DNA from: Octopus sinensis
Lineage: Eukaryota
DNA length: 38,400 bases
Assembly (NCBI RefSeq): GCF_006345805.1
Contig: NW_021835752.1
Span: 1 to 38,400, forward strand
Reading direction: 5' to 3'
Shown here: positions 1-10,960 of the stretch, piece by piece
Layout of the letters: each line of letters opens with the position of its first letter
Numbering within the stretch: the first letter of the stretch is position 1
The notes under the pieces: model-generated
The model's database searches: none
What the model saw: the letters and a program-made list of their open reading frames with translations, nothing else
Told to the model about the DNA's origin: nothing
Translations under genes and position numbers: made by a program

Positions 1-124
1 ACACGCACATACGTACTCTCTTATACACACGCATGCGCACCTTCGTTTTGGGATCATATTATCTCCTCTTCTTCCTAGCTCTGTGTGACGCCTCTGTCCG
101 GCATTCGCCATGATGGATCGCTAG

Positions 125-278
125 CCACTACACATTCTTTATTTTCTCTCCCTGTTTCTTTCTGTGGAAGAGCGTAGGCTCGAAACGTTAAAGACTTTTC
201 ACTCCCCGAGCGTTAAACTGATACATACTGTCTGTTGTCTACACCACCTGTCTCGTCTTTTGTTTTTTTGTAAATTCT

Positions 279-280
<2 letters not shown>
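125..280 (+). mobile_element. Small (TA)n-associated repeat with degenerate minimal hammerhead motif (family H3, Penelope-like terminal-repeat type)
   Basis: 157-194: TCTTT | CTGTGGA | A | GAGC-GTAG-GCTC | GAAA-CGT-T | AAAGA. The core has A6>U. Related copies at ~3975-4195 (-) and ~6385-6570 (+). Confidence 0.55.
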
Positions 281-320
<40 letters not shown>

Positions 321-383
321 TATATATGCATGTATGTGTATATGTATGTATGTATCTATATATACACACTCATAGATATGTGT

Positions 384-430
<47 letters not shown>

Positions 431-512
431 ATATATATACTCATATACATATATGCATATATACATACGTATATGTACATACTTATCTATACGTGTGTAT
501 ATATATCATATA

Positions 513-670
513 TGGGCAGAGGACGTCACGAAACGTGTGCAATAAAAATAAAGTACGAAGTACGAGTACATTGAATATGAACTATTTTTCGAACAACGAA
601 AGACACAAATGGAAAACACAACAAAACCATAAGCAACAACCCTCAATTAGTTGTTGGCTGTTCTATTATT
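513..670 (-). repeat. Microsatellite-flanked dispersed repeat (family H4)
   Basis: Shares TTTCGTTGTTCGAAAAA and the terminal GACGTCCT(C/G)T(G/A)CCCATATATG with 12130-12305 (-). Further relatives at 2165-2260 and 29765-29880. Confidence 0.5.
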
Positions 671-757
671 TATATATATATGTGTGTGTGTGTGTGTGTT
701 GTGTGTATAGATTTATAATATTTGCATACAATATAAGATATATATATATATAATATA

Positions 758-1240
758 CAGTGTGCGATGGGTAAATTATCGCCATTTTATATTTTAAATT
801 TCGTGCATTGATTGTCTTTGATTTTGTCGTCTACACAGTATAGTAGGGGCATTTGGGCACCATCTGTGAGAAAAACAGCAACATGACGCAATTCACCCTG
901 CCAGAAATTTGGAGACGACATACTGTACTGCTCGGCATTCGCGCCGGAGGCTCCAGAATGAACACTCCAGAATGTTTGGATGTCAATTTGAGGACAGTGC
1001 ATAGGATTCGGAAAGAGCTGGATGAGTTTAATGGGGATTACGAAGATACGGCAGCTCGAAAAACTCACTCTGATCGTTCTGATAATTAGAGTGCTCCTGA
1101 CTTTGTTGGTGAGATCCAGGCCATGATTGGTAATGCTTCCTCCGAGTCAATCAGGTCCATCACTAGGGACGTGAGAGTTTCTGAGTGTCTTATCAGGCAG
1201 GTAGTGTATGAAGACATTCGGTATTCTTCATTCAAAGCCA
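758..1240 (+). mobile_element. Tc1/mariner-superfamily transposon 5' remnant (transposase N-terminal HTH pseudogene)
   Basis: Starts TA|CAGTGTGCGATGGG (TIR-like). The frame from ATG 883 reads MTQFTLPEIWRRHTVLLGIRAG...VNLRTVHRIRKEL...RKTHSDRSDN*SAPDFVGEIQAMIGNASSESIRSITRDVRVSECLIRQVVYEDIRYSSFK, a paired-like double HTH with a stop at 1087-1089. No DDD/E domain follows. Confidence 0.75.
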
Positions 1241-1337
1241 ATTTTTATCCAAAATTTCCTGTAATGAAAAGACTGTTAAAATGAGTCTTAGATGCAATTA
1301 GAAATGAGAATTAAATAAACGCTACATCTGACCGTGG

Positions 1338-1572
1338 AGTGTGGCGGGCTGGCAGAAACGTTAGCACGCCGGGCGAAATGCGTAGCCGTATTTCGTCTGC
1401 CGCTACGTTCTGAGTCCAAATTCTGCCGAGGTCGACTTTGCCTTTCATTCTTTCGGGGTCAATTAAATAAGTACCAGTTACGCACTGAGGTCGATATAAT
1501 CGACTTAATCCGTTTGGCTGTCCTTGTTTGTCCTCTCTGTGTTTAGCCCCTTGTGGGTAGTAAAGAAATAGG
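1338..1572 (+). mobile_element. tRNA-derived SINE family A (tail type A1), full length, with TSD
   Basis: Head TGGCAGAAACGTTAGCAC..GAGTCCAAATTC (A/B-box-like). Central GCCTTTCATTCTTTCGGGGTCAATTAAATAAGTACCAG (Deu/Nin/Meta-type domain, from recall). Tail ...TTGTGGGTAGTAAAGAAATA. TSD TACATCTGACCGTGG at 1323-1337 and 1573-1587. Confidence 0.9.
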
Positions 1573-1743
1573 TACATCTGACCGTGGGATATTCAACGAG
1601 TTACCTGCTCATGAAAGGAGCAATTAGTTTAGCTGATCGATCGTAAAACTGAGCACCCTTATGGAAACTGATGGATATGCATTTTGTTTTATGTTTATTA
1701 ACGAATATTTAGAGAATGAAGATATTCATTTTTGGTCAGTATA

Positions 1744-1972
1744 TACGAGGGAGTGCTGAAAATTCCTCGTTTTAAGGATAAGAGTATTGCGAAAGGCTTA
1801 GTTGGAGGCTCAATCTTCCGAATTTTGATAAAGGGCTTAGAAAAATTGAAGGACCGCTGTAATAAGTGTGTGAATCTGAGAGGAGAATATGTTGAATAAA
1901 ATCATAATTAACTGATCCTCTTGCATTTTCTGTTACCCAAAGCGAGGAAATTATCAGCCCATCCCATCGTGT
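1744..1972 (+). mobile_element. mariner-derived MITE (internally deleted)
   Basis: Imperfect TIRs TACGAGGGAGTGCTGAAAATTCCTCG / CGAGGAAATTATCAGCCCATCCCATCGTGTA. The internal frame encodes a mariner C-terminus, GLEKLKDRCNKCVNLRGEYVE*. Second copy at 11433-11605 (-). Confidence 0.75.
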
Positions 1973-2164
1973 ATATAAACAAAAATAAAATAAGAGGAAC
2001 AGTTAATATTATAGATATATGTATGCGTGCGCTAGGAGAGAAGTGAAGAAAGAGCTTTTAAAATGGCGGCGATCCTCGATGGAAGAATATAATGCGTGGA
2101 AAGGGAGATAACCAGTATTTTCTAAGTCAATAGGTCAATGTTTTAAGTGATAAAAATGTGAAGG

Positions 2165-2260
2165 CGAGAAAACAGGACAAGTAAACACAGGGAAAGGACC
2201 CTTCATCAGTTGTCAGCTGTCTCTCTGCTCCTCATTTTTTGAGCATTCAACAATATGAGT
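2165..2260 (-). repeat. Family H4 fragment with CTGATGAAGGG motif
   Basis: The minus strand reads GACAACTGATGAAGGGTCCTTTCC, similar to 12264-12280 (-) and 29779-29790 (+). Confidence 0.4.
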
Positions 2261-2931
2261 TTTCGAAGACAGTTGCTTCCATAAATTCTAAAATGAAATT
2301 TAGGATTTATTGAGGGTCGTACATACAAACATACATATCGTGAGAATTACATGGGGCAGCTGCTTCGTGTGTTAACAGTTTTCAACACATGTCACTCTTA
2401 GCCTTTGAGTTATTCTGTAAGTTCTGTCGATTATTAATGTGTGTGTGTGTGTGTATGTATATGTATGTATATATGTATGTATATGTATGTGTATATATAT
2501 ATTTTACATTAAAACATCGATCGACGAGAATTTATTTCGTAACGGTCATCTTATGTAATCGTTCAAAACGTGAGTATTAAATGCATTAAAAATATAAAAT
2601 TTGTTTGTGAGATTATTCCGATATCCATATACATACTTATATGTGCGAGCGTGTATGTATGTATGTGTGTATTTGCCTGTGTGTGTGCTTTTGAACACTG
2701 GTAGCAAAGGAAACTCACGGCACAGCTTTTAAAGGATTGTTTCAACAAACGCCTGAGAACGAAAGATATTTGAAGCGGTAGTTGAGGTCTCAGCCTATTT
2801 CTGTAAAATTTCTGTTTTGTGCCATTTTATTCCTGGGTAAAAAAAAGAATAGAAACAAAAAGATTGAAGTCACATTTTTTGTAAAATCGCAACAAACTCT
2901 AAACAACCAGTAATATCTCACATATATTTAA

Positions 2932-3130
2932 GGCGATGAGCACGTCGGGCGAAATGGTTAGCGGCATTTCGTGCGCCTCTACGTTTTGAGTTCAAATGCT
3001 GCCGGGGTCGACTTTTCCATTCATCTTTTGGGGGGGGGGTTGATAAAATAATTACCAGTTGAACTCTGGGGTCGATATCAATTACTTATCCCATCCCTCG
3101 AAGCTATTGCGCTTGTACCAAAATTTGAAA
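2932..3130 (+). mobile_element. SINE family A (tail type A2), diverged
   Basis: GGGCGAAATGGTTAGCGGCATTTCG..GAGTTCAAATGCTGCCGGGGTCGAC..CTGGGGTCGAT, ending in the alternative tail CTTGTACCAAAATTTGAAA. Confidence 0.8.
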
Positions 3131-3529
3131 TACATATCGAAAAATCTTCGATTTATTGAGATCAACCCTGCAGTTAGTAGATTGAAGCTTCCTCTGGGGG
3201 CGTTTTAAAAATCTAACGAGAAAAACCAAGGGAGATAAATCCATTAACAAATTTTTTCGCCATAACACTTCTCCAGATAAACGCAACGCCTCCGTGCGTG
3301 CGTTGATGCTTGCGCACGCAAACATGTGTTTCTCTGTAGTTTTCTTATCATTAAACACTCCCGTTACCTTCCACCTCTTCACCTTTGCAGCAGTTTACAC
3401 CCCCGGATCTTCTCCCTTCTCAACTAACACATCGTTCTACAATTCCTCCTGATTCTTTCTCAATATCCTCCCACTGAGGCCCTCGATAGAGTGCCTGGGT
3501 TAGTCTGTATGTACGATAAACATCCACCC

Positions 3530-3563
<34 letters not shown>

Positions 3564-3792
3564 GCGTATATGTGTGTATGCGTGTGTGTGTGTGTGCTTG
3601 CATCTATGTTAACACCTGTAGGTGTATATGTTTATGTATATGTTAACGTGTCATTGGTTGCGCCCAGTATTAGCGCCAACTACTTCCGGTTTCCCGATAT
3701 CCTTAAGTTTTCTGTCTGCGCACGTAACGGACTTTGTGTTTGTGTGTAAGTGTTTCTACATACATATATGAGTGTGTGCGTTTGCGTGTGTG

Positions 3793-3830
<38 letters not shown>

Positions 3831-3879
3831 GACTGTGTACATGTTTGTGTGTGCGTGTGGGGGAGTGTGTGTGTGTGCG

Positions 3880-3910
<31 letters not shown>

Positions 3911-3974
3911 CTTCTAACCATTTGTTTCCTTGTGTCTTTTCTCGCCTTCAATCAATTTGAAGAAATCAATCAAT

Positions 3975-4195
3975 CAATCATCATATATAGTGAAACCAAA
4001 TAAAGAAGAACAAACAAGAAAAACAATAACGCAAGAACACGGTACAAGTACTGTATTATCAGACGCTCAGGAAAGGAAAGAAAGAGGATTTAACGTTTCG
4101 AGCCAAGCTTTTTTTCTTCAGAAGTAACGGAAAGTCCAAAACAAGGGAAGACAGAGGAAGAAATCGCCTACGATATGCACGTGGTCACATTTTGA
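3975..4195 (-). mobile_element. Family H3 copy with hammerhead-like core
   Basis: The minus strand at 4089-4121 reads CTGAAGA-AAAAAAGCTTGGCTC-GAAACGTTAAA. Flanks align with 6385-6570. Confidence 0.55.
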
Positions 4196-4215
4196 AAAAA
4201 AATTATATTATTTAA

Positions 4216-4304
<89 letters not shown>

Positions 4305-4308
4305 CACA

Positions 4309-4528
4309 CTCTTTTACTCTTTTACTTGTTTCCGTCATTTGACTGCGGCCATGCTGGAGCACCGCCTGTAGTTGAGCAAATCGACCCCAGAACTTATTCT
4401 TCGTAAGCCTAGTACTTATTCCACCGGTCTCTTTTGCCGAATCGCTAAGTTACGGGGACGTAAACAAAGCAATGATGTCAAGCAATAGTGGGGGACAATC
4501 AGACACACAAACATATACACACACATAC

Positions 4529-4582
<54 letters not shown>

Positions 4583-4790
4583 AGCAACATCTGATAGCCT
4601 CGTCGGTCACGTGGCCACGTGATATATATAATATATATATATATATATATTATTATCATATATATGACAGGCTTCTTTCAGTTTCCATCTACCAAATCCA
4701 CTCATAAGGCTTTGGTGCCCTGCAGTGGGACTGAACCCGGAACCATCTGGAATGGTAAGTAGGCTACTTACCACACAGCTACTCCTGTGG
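4309..4790 (-). mobile_element. SINE family B (tRNA-like head, internal microsatellite, 3' domain)
   Basis: Minus-strand head GCTGTGTGGTAAGTAGC..GGTTCCGGGTTCAGTCCC, internal (CA)n/(TA)n, then 3' domain ending CCAGCATGGCCGCAGTCAAATGACGGAAACAAGTAAAAGAGTAAAAGAG. Confidence 0.85.
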
Positions 4791-5397
4791 CATATATATA
4801 TATATATATATATATAGGCATGCTACCATACTGGATTTGTGTGTGTGTGCATGTGTATATGTGTGCGTGTGTGTGGCGCGCGCGTTTGCATTATCTTCTA
4901 TCAATCCCTTACTTGTATTTCTTCCTCTTCAAATTGACAAACCATTCTTTACTTTAAAAAGAAATTACATCTCCGTTTCTTCCATTTCTTCCTTCAATCT
5001 CATTCCAACCCTTATCTTCGTTCATTCAATATTCCTTTTAATTCTTCTCGGGGTTATTTTCCCACCCAACCCCTTCTCATCATCCCTTCTCTAATTTATG
5101 ATTTAAGTTGTTTTGATATTACATTTCGCACCTCCTTCATTTCCTTTCCTCGCGTCTTGATCTCCCAATATTTTCCGCCATTTTAAACCCTACATGTTAT
5201 TGCTTGTATGTTCAGTATTCGACATTCGAAAACTTTTGGCCTTCAACTGAAACCAAAATGTGAATAGGTCATAATCACGTGATCACGTGAGATCTATCAA
5301 GGAAATTGTGGTGGTATTGGAATGATAACAAACATCCTGCTTATCTCTGAACATGGTTATACATATATACATACATACATACATATAAGAAAAACAC

Positions 5398-5560
5398 TGG
5401 CATTTCGTCGGTTACGGCGACGAGTGTTCCAGCTGATTCGATCAACGGAACAGCCTGCTCGTGAAGTTAACGTGCAAGTGGCTGAGTACTCCGCAGACAC
5501 GCGTACCCTTAACGTAGTCCTCAGGGAGATACAGCAAGACCAGAAAAGTCTTTTCAATGG
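5398..5560 (-). mobile_element. 5'-truncated SINE C/D 3' tail
   Basis: Matches the reverse complement of 24600-24764 (GTTCCGTTGATCGAATCAGCTGGAACACTCGTCGCCGTAACCGACG). Confidence 0.8.
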
Positions 5561-5610
5561 CATTTACAACTCAATTTTGCCGCTAGGAATTGAACACATG
5601 ATATATTGAT

Positions 5611-5641
<31 letters not shown>

Positions 5642-5673
5642 TAGATATATATATATAATAATATACATACATA

Positions 5674-5702
<29 letters not shown>

Positions 5703-5707
<5 letters not shown>

Positions 5708-5886
5708 TTTATTGCCCACAAGGGGCTAAACATAGACGGGACTAACAAGGACAGACAAAACGGTTTAAGTCGATTACTAGTACTTAATTTATCGATCCCG
5801 ATAGGATAAAAGGCAAAGTCGACCTCGGCGGAATTTGAACTCAGCATTTCGCCCGGCGTGCTAACGTTTCTGCCAGCTCGCCGCCC
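5703..5886 (-). mobile_element. SINE family A (A1 tail) with internal deletions
   Basis: Reverse complement of the 1338-1572 element, lacking part of the tRNA-like head and the CTGGGGTCGAT segment. Sits between (TA)n and (TCTA)n. Confidence 0.85.
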
Positions 5887-5890
5887 TTTA

Positions 5891-5928
<38 letters not shown>

Positions 5929-5929
5929 C

Positions 5930-5965
<36 letters not shown>

Positions 5966-6187
5966 ATATAATATACATATATATATACACACATACATAC
6001 ATACACACACACATACATACATACATACATACATACATACATACACACATACACACATACACACATGCATACATATACATACGAATAAATATGTATAAAT
6101 ACGTATACATGCATATACGTACACACATACACAGGCAAACATATACACACACATACATTCATTGTAAGACATAACAGTGTATATATC

Positions 6188-6229
<42 letters not shown>

Positions 6230-6384
6230 CATATGTATATATATATATTCATATATATATGTATACATATGTATATACATACTTATTTGTATATATATAT
6301 ATATATATATTATATATGCATATGTATGTGTATAGACGTATTTATAGATCTGTATGTGTACGGATACATATCTACATACTTGTG

Positions 6385-6570
6385 TATGTATATCGTTGGC
6401 GATTTTTTATATACATCCTCCTTTTCTCTTGGACTTTCTTCCGTCTTCTGTTCCTGAAGAAGAGCTTTGCTCGAAACCTAAAATCTACCTTTCCTGCGCG
6501 TCTGCTAATACTCTGCATGTACTTCGTCCTCGCGTTGTGGTTTTTTCTTGTTGTGTTTGTTCTTCGTTTA
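6385..6570 (+). mobile_element. Family H3 copy with canonical hammerhead core 5' half
   Basis: 6454-6477 CTGAAGA-A-GAGC-TTT-GCTC-GAAAC. Stems III and I are degenerate. Confidence 0.55.
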
Positions 6571-6643
6571 TTATTTTTAGGGGAGGTGGGGGTCGGGTCG
6601 GATTTACTATATATAGCTATATATATATATATATATATATTCA

Positions 6644-6734
6644 CGTATATAATTATAAAGATATATTTGCAGTTAAGGGCTGCAGGGAATGACCGGCGCT
6701 CTTAACTGTAATTATATCTTTATAATTATATACG
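6644..6734. other. 37-bp inverted repeat (hairpin) with 17-nt loop
   Basis: Arms 6644-6680 and 6698-6734 pair with one mismatch and two G-U wobbles on the + strand. Confidence 0.8.
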
Positions 6735-6828
6735 CGAAAAAATTAATATTGCCTGTGCGGTCATTTTTAAATGCTAGGCCACTGATATCATTTTATGGCT
6801 ATAACCTTATCGTATATATGTGTTTGTG

Positions 6829-6859
<31 letters not shown>

Positions 6860-7202
6860 TTGTGTGCGTATCTATATATATATATTCTTTTATTTTATTT
6901 TCTAACATAAAAGAACTACATTCGTGTGTGCATGTATATGTGTGTTTGTTTGTGTTTATGTATGTGTGTTGTGTTGGTTGTGTGTGTATGTGTGCTTATG
7001 TTTGTGTGTGTGTGTGTGTGTTTATATTGCTGTGTATATATATTACATATGCTTGATCGTGTGTTACCCATTTCACGTGTTCGTATCGTTTCACACCTAA
7101 TAATTGCGAATCATCTCACAATATCAGTTTGACGTCAAGAAGGGTTACCTTAAACACGAGAGGGTGTTGAAGTGGGCCTTTTTGTTCTTGTTTTTCTTTT
7201 AC

Positions 7203-7222
7203 GGTGGCGCCCTCTAGCAGCA
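7203..7222 (-). promoter_or_regulatory. CTCF-like motif
   Basis: The minus strand reads TGCTGCTAGAGGGCGCCACC, against the CTCF consensus CCRCYAGRKGGCGC (one core mismatch). This is a motif match only. Confidence 0.35.
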
Positions 7223-7442
7223 AAAAGGTCAGCGGATAATGACGGCTGCTGAATCTGATATGCTATCGTATTATATGGCATTTGATATTTTAAATGAAAA
7301 CAGTAAAAATTCTCGCTTTCTGATTGGTTGGAAGATTTGATAGCGTTCGTCAGGGTTAAAACAGAAAAGAAGGATATGAACGAAAAGATTGTGTACGATG
7401 GAAGGAAGAGGTCAGAGACGCGCTAACCACCACCATCAGCAC

Positions 7443-8173
7443 TATCATCGACCTAATGGTAGCATTGGTGGTGGTGGTGGTGGTGGTGGTGGTGGTGATG
7501 GTGGTGGTGGTGAGGATGATGGTGGTGGTGGTAGGATGGTTGTTAGTAATGATCACGATAGTGGTGGTGGTGGTGGTGGTGGTGAGCATGATGGTAGCGA
7601 TGAAGATCTTTTGATGGTGGCGGCGGTGGTGGTGGTGAGAGTGATGGTAATGATAGCGATAGTGGTGGTGGTGGTGGTGTTGATGGTGGAGATCGTGGTA
7701 TTGGTGGTGGTAGTATTGGAAGTGGTGGTGGTGGTGGTGGTGAGGATGATGGTGGCTATGAAGGTCTGGTGGCGGTGGTGTTGCTGGTGTTTATGATGAT
7801 GATGATGGTAGATGCGAAGCCGTTAGTGATGGCGGCGTATTGTTTGTATGGAAGATACTCTTGTATGTACGGGTTAATGCTAATGACGGGGTCTTGCCAA
7901 TGGTTGTTGTTGTTGGTGGTGGTGGTGGTGTTGCTATTGGTGAGGTTATAGCTGTGGTTATGGATGAGGCAGCAGCAGTCATAATAGGTAGTGATGGTCG
8001 TGGCGGAAAGGGTGGTGCTGATGGTGGTGGTGAGGATGGTGGCAGTGGTAAAAATAGTGGTGGAGGTGGTGGTGGTGGTGGTAGTGGTGGTGTTGATTAC
8101 GATAATCACGATGGTGATGGCGATCGTCATATTGCTGATGGTACTGGTGATGACGATGATGTTAATTTCCTGT

Positions 8174-8210
<37 letters not shown>

Positions 8211-8260
8211 AGCCATCGTCATCAACAACACGACTACTACTACTACTACAACCACAAAAC
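7443..8260. repeat. (GGT)n/(GAT)n low-complexity trinucleotide tract
   Basis: Directly visible. Confidence 0.95.
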
Positions 8261-9126
8261 GATACCTACTTCCACCACACACACATGCGCACACCACATG
8301 CGCACACATATATATATATATATATATCTATACATGTGTGTGTTTGTCTGTGTGTGAGAGTGTGGTTGTGTCTGTGTGTCTATGTGTGTGAGTGTGTGTC
8401 TGTATGAGTGTGTGTGTGTGAGTGTATATATGTGTGTGAGTGTATGTATGAGTGTGTGTGTTTGAGTGTGTGTGTCTGTGTGTGTGACAGTGTCTATGTG
8501 TGTGAGCGTGTGTGTGTGTGTGTGTGCGTGCGTCTGTATACACGGGAAATACAAAGAAAGATGTTTGTATCTACAAATTATATAGGTACAATCAAATCTT
8601 GTACACTTTCCGTAAATCTGGGGTTTTAACAACCAACAACAACAACCAACAATAAATACAGCAACAACAACAACAACAGCAACCAGATATATCGATACAG
8701 CCATAGTGCATCACATCACACCTAAAGATTCGATATAAGAACCTTAATCGTTGAAGGTTGTTCTCATGAAATTTGAAACATCAAACCCCGCCCGTCATCC
8801 TTTTCTTCTTTCTGCCCCTTTCTCCGTACGAACTCCCTAGAAACCCCCAACCGACTTACTGCATCGCGTCTCAGCGACAAAATAAAAAAAGGGAAAGAAA
8901 GAGCCCCTAACAAGCTCTGCACGTGAACCCTTTTCATACTCCGACAACCATCTCCAGCCCCCGAACTTCGTGAGTTATTCTTGCCTAATCCCTTAGCCCC
9001 TCCCCCCGTGGCCATATATATTTTAAGAGGAACAAGCAACATCGTCGAACAACATGAGAACAAATCACCGGGGTCAAAAGAGCAATTAGAAACAAGGGGT
9101 TTTATCAGTTGTTAGGATGCAGCGAT

Positions 9127-9143
9127 AGGGATGGTGATGATGA

Positions 9144-9175
<32 letters not shown>

Positions 9176-9780
9176 ATGGTGATGGTGATGGTGATGATGA
9201 TGGTAGAGGTGATGATGGTAGAGGTGGTAGTGGCGGTGGTGCTTGCAGAGGTGGTGGTGGCGGTGATGATAGTGATGGTATTGGTGGTGGTGGTGGTTCT
9301 GTTGGTGTCGGTATTGGTGATAGTGGTGGTAGTGGTGGTGGTGGTGGTGGTGGTGGTGTTGATAGTGGTGGTAATTGCGGTGATAGTAGTGGTGGTAGTT
9401 GTAGTGGTGGTAGTTGTATGGTGGTAGTTGTAGTGGTGGTAGTGGTTGTGGTGTGGTGGTGGTTGTTGTGGTTGAGGTGATTGTGGTGGTGGTGGTGATG
9501 GTATTGCTGGTGGTGGTGATGGTAGTGGGGATAGTGGTGATAGTGGTGGTTATAGTGGTTGTGGTAGTTGTGGTGATGGTGGTGGTAGTTGTGGTGGTGG
9601 TGGTGGTGGTGATAGTAGTGGTGATAGTTGTGGTGGTGGTGGTGATAGTAGTGGTGATAGTTGTGGTGGTGGTGGTGATGGTAGTGGTGGTAGTTGTGGT
9701 GGTGATAGTGGTGGTGGTGGTGGTTGTGGTGTAGTGGTGGTGGTTGTGGTTGAGGTGATAGTGGTGGGAGTGGGGGTGGT
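9127..9780. repeat. (GGT)n/(GAT)n/(AGT)n low-complexity tract
   Basis: Directly visible. Confidence 0.95.
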
Positions 9781-9814
9781 TGTCTTTAAGTGTTTAGTTC
9801 CAAACTTGGCACCT

Positions 9815-9920
9815 ATTCAATCTTTTTTTTTCACCGAACTTCTAGCTTACGGAGACGTAAACAAACCAATATCGATTAGCGAGCGGTAACGGGAGGAAGC
9901 CCGAACACAAACACACACAC
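9815..9920 (-). mobile_element. SINE family B fragment (diverged)
   Basis: CACCGAACTTCTAGCTTACGGAGACGTAAACAAACC resembles 4436-4470 and 27150-27185. Confidence 0.55.
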
Positions 9921-10186
9921 TAAAGGAAGATCTGCATTTCCTGAATACAAGTATGGAGGGTCACGGAAGGAAAGTTTTTAATCATATGTCCGCTCGATCC
10001 AACCCCATATACTTAATATCGTCTTAACGCTTTAGTCTTTGAATTTTACCATTTACACAATTTGCAGTTTGTTTTGCATCTAAAAATGCTTATAAAATAG
10101 GTACGATCGTTCTCTGTATACCTGTATGTGTAATCTTGAAATAAACATGTGATATTCTCTATTCGTATAATTTTGTTACACACACA

Positions 10187-10224
<38 letters not shown>

Positions 10225-10456
10225 TATAATAGAAATATTAAAATTACTAGTCTCTCTAAAAGAGAACAACGGCAGCGTTCCCGGAAAATATTAGTTATCG
10301 CCATACTAATATGGCATTCTTATAAAAATAAGAATAAAGCTGTCCGCTTATTAGCTCCATGAGGCCATCGCCTTAAGTTAGCTATTTGATACACAAACTG
10401 TATCCATATAACCTTCGAACAAGGGAGGTCAGTCGCTCCACACTACTTGACCGGCA

Positions 10457-10498
10457 GCTACAGACGCGTTTCGGGGTATTGCCCCTTTTCAATGCAGC
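10457..10498 (-). ncRNA. Minimal type I hammerhead ribozyme, inverted identical copy
   Basis: Exact reverse complement of 10695-10736. Confidence 0.7.
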
Positions 10499-10694
10499 GT
10501 ATTTTTATAAGAATGCCATATTAGTGTGGCGATAACTATTATTTTCCGGGAACGCTGCCGTTGTTCTCTTTTAGAGAGACTTAGTAATTTTAATATTTCT
10601 ATTATTGAAAACAAATGGATGTATTCCACCGAAGCTAGGTAAATAAAACCTTCGAACAGAGATTGTCAGAAGCGACACCTACTGGTCTGGCTAC

Positions 10695-10736
10695 GCTGCA
10701 TTGAAAAGGGGCAATACCCCGAAACGCGTCTGTAGC
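10695..10736 (+). ncRNA. Minimal type I hammerhead ribozyme, U3:A8 core variant
   Basis: Stem I GCTGCA/TGTAGC, core TTGAAAA, stem II GGGG-CAATA-CCCC, GAAA, palindromic stem III ACGCGT, predicted cleavage after GTC at 10730. Confidence 0.7.
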
Positions 10737-10960
10737 TGCCGGTCAAGTAGTGTGGAGCGACTGACCTCCCTTGTTCGAAGGTTATATGGATACAGTTTGT
10801 GTATCAATAGCTAACTTAAGGCGATGGCCTCATGGAGCTAATAAGCGGACAGCTTTATTCTTATTTTTATAAGAATTCATATTAGTATGGCGATAACTAT
10901 TATTTTCCGGGAACGCTGCCGTTGTTCTCTTTTAGAGAGTCTTAGTAATTTTAATATTTC

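Noticed and set aside
3104-3382. 92-aa minus-strand ORF
   Set aside because: It overlaps a SINE tail, and has no domain similarity or splice support.
10606-10665. TEAR*IKPSNRD as a GIY-YIG C-terminal remnant of a Penelope ORF
   Set aside because: Too short, interrupted by a stop, and only loosely similar. It needs a profile search and is not used as evidence.
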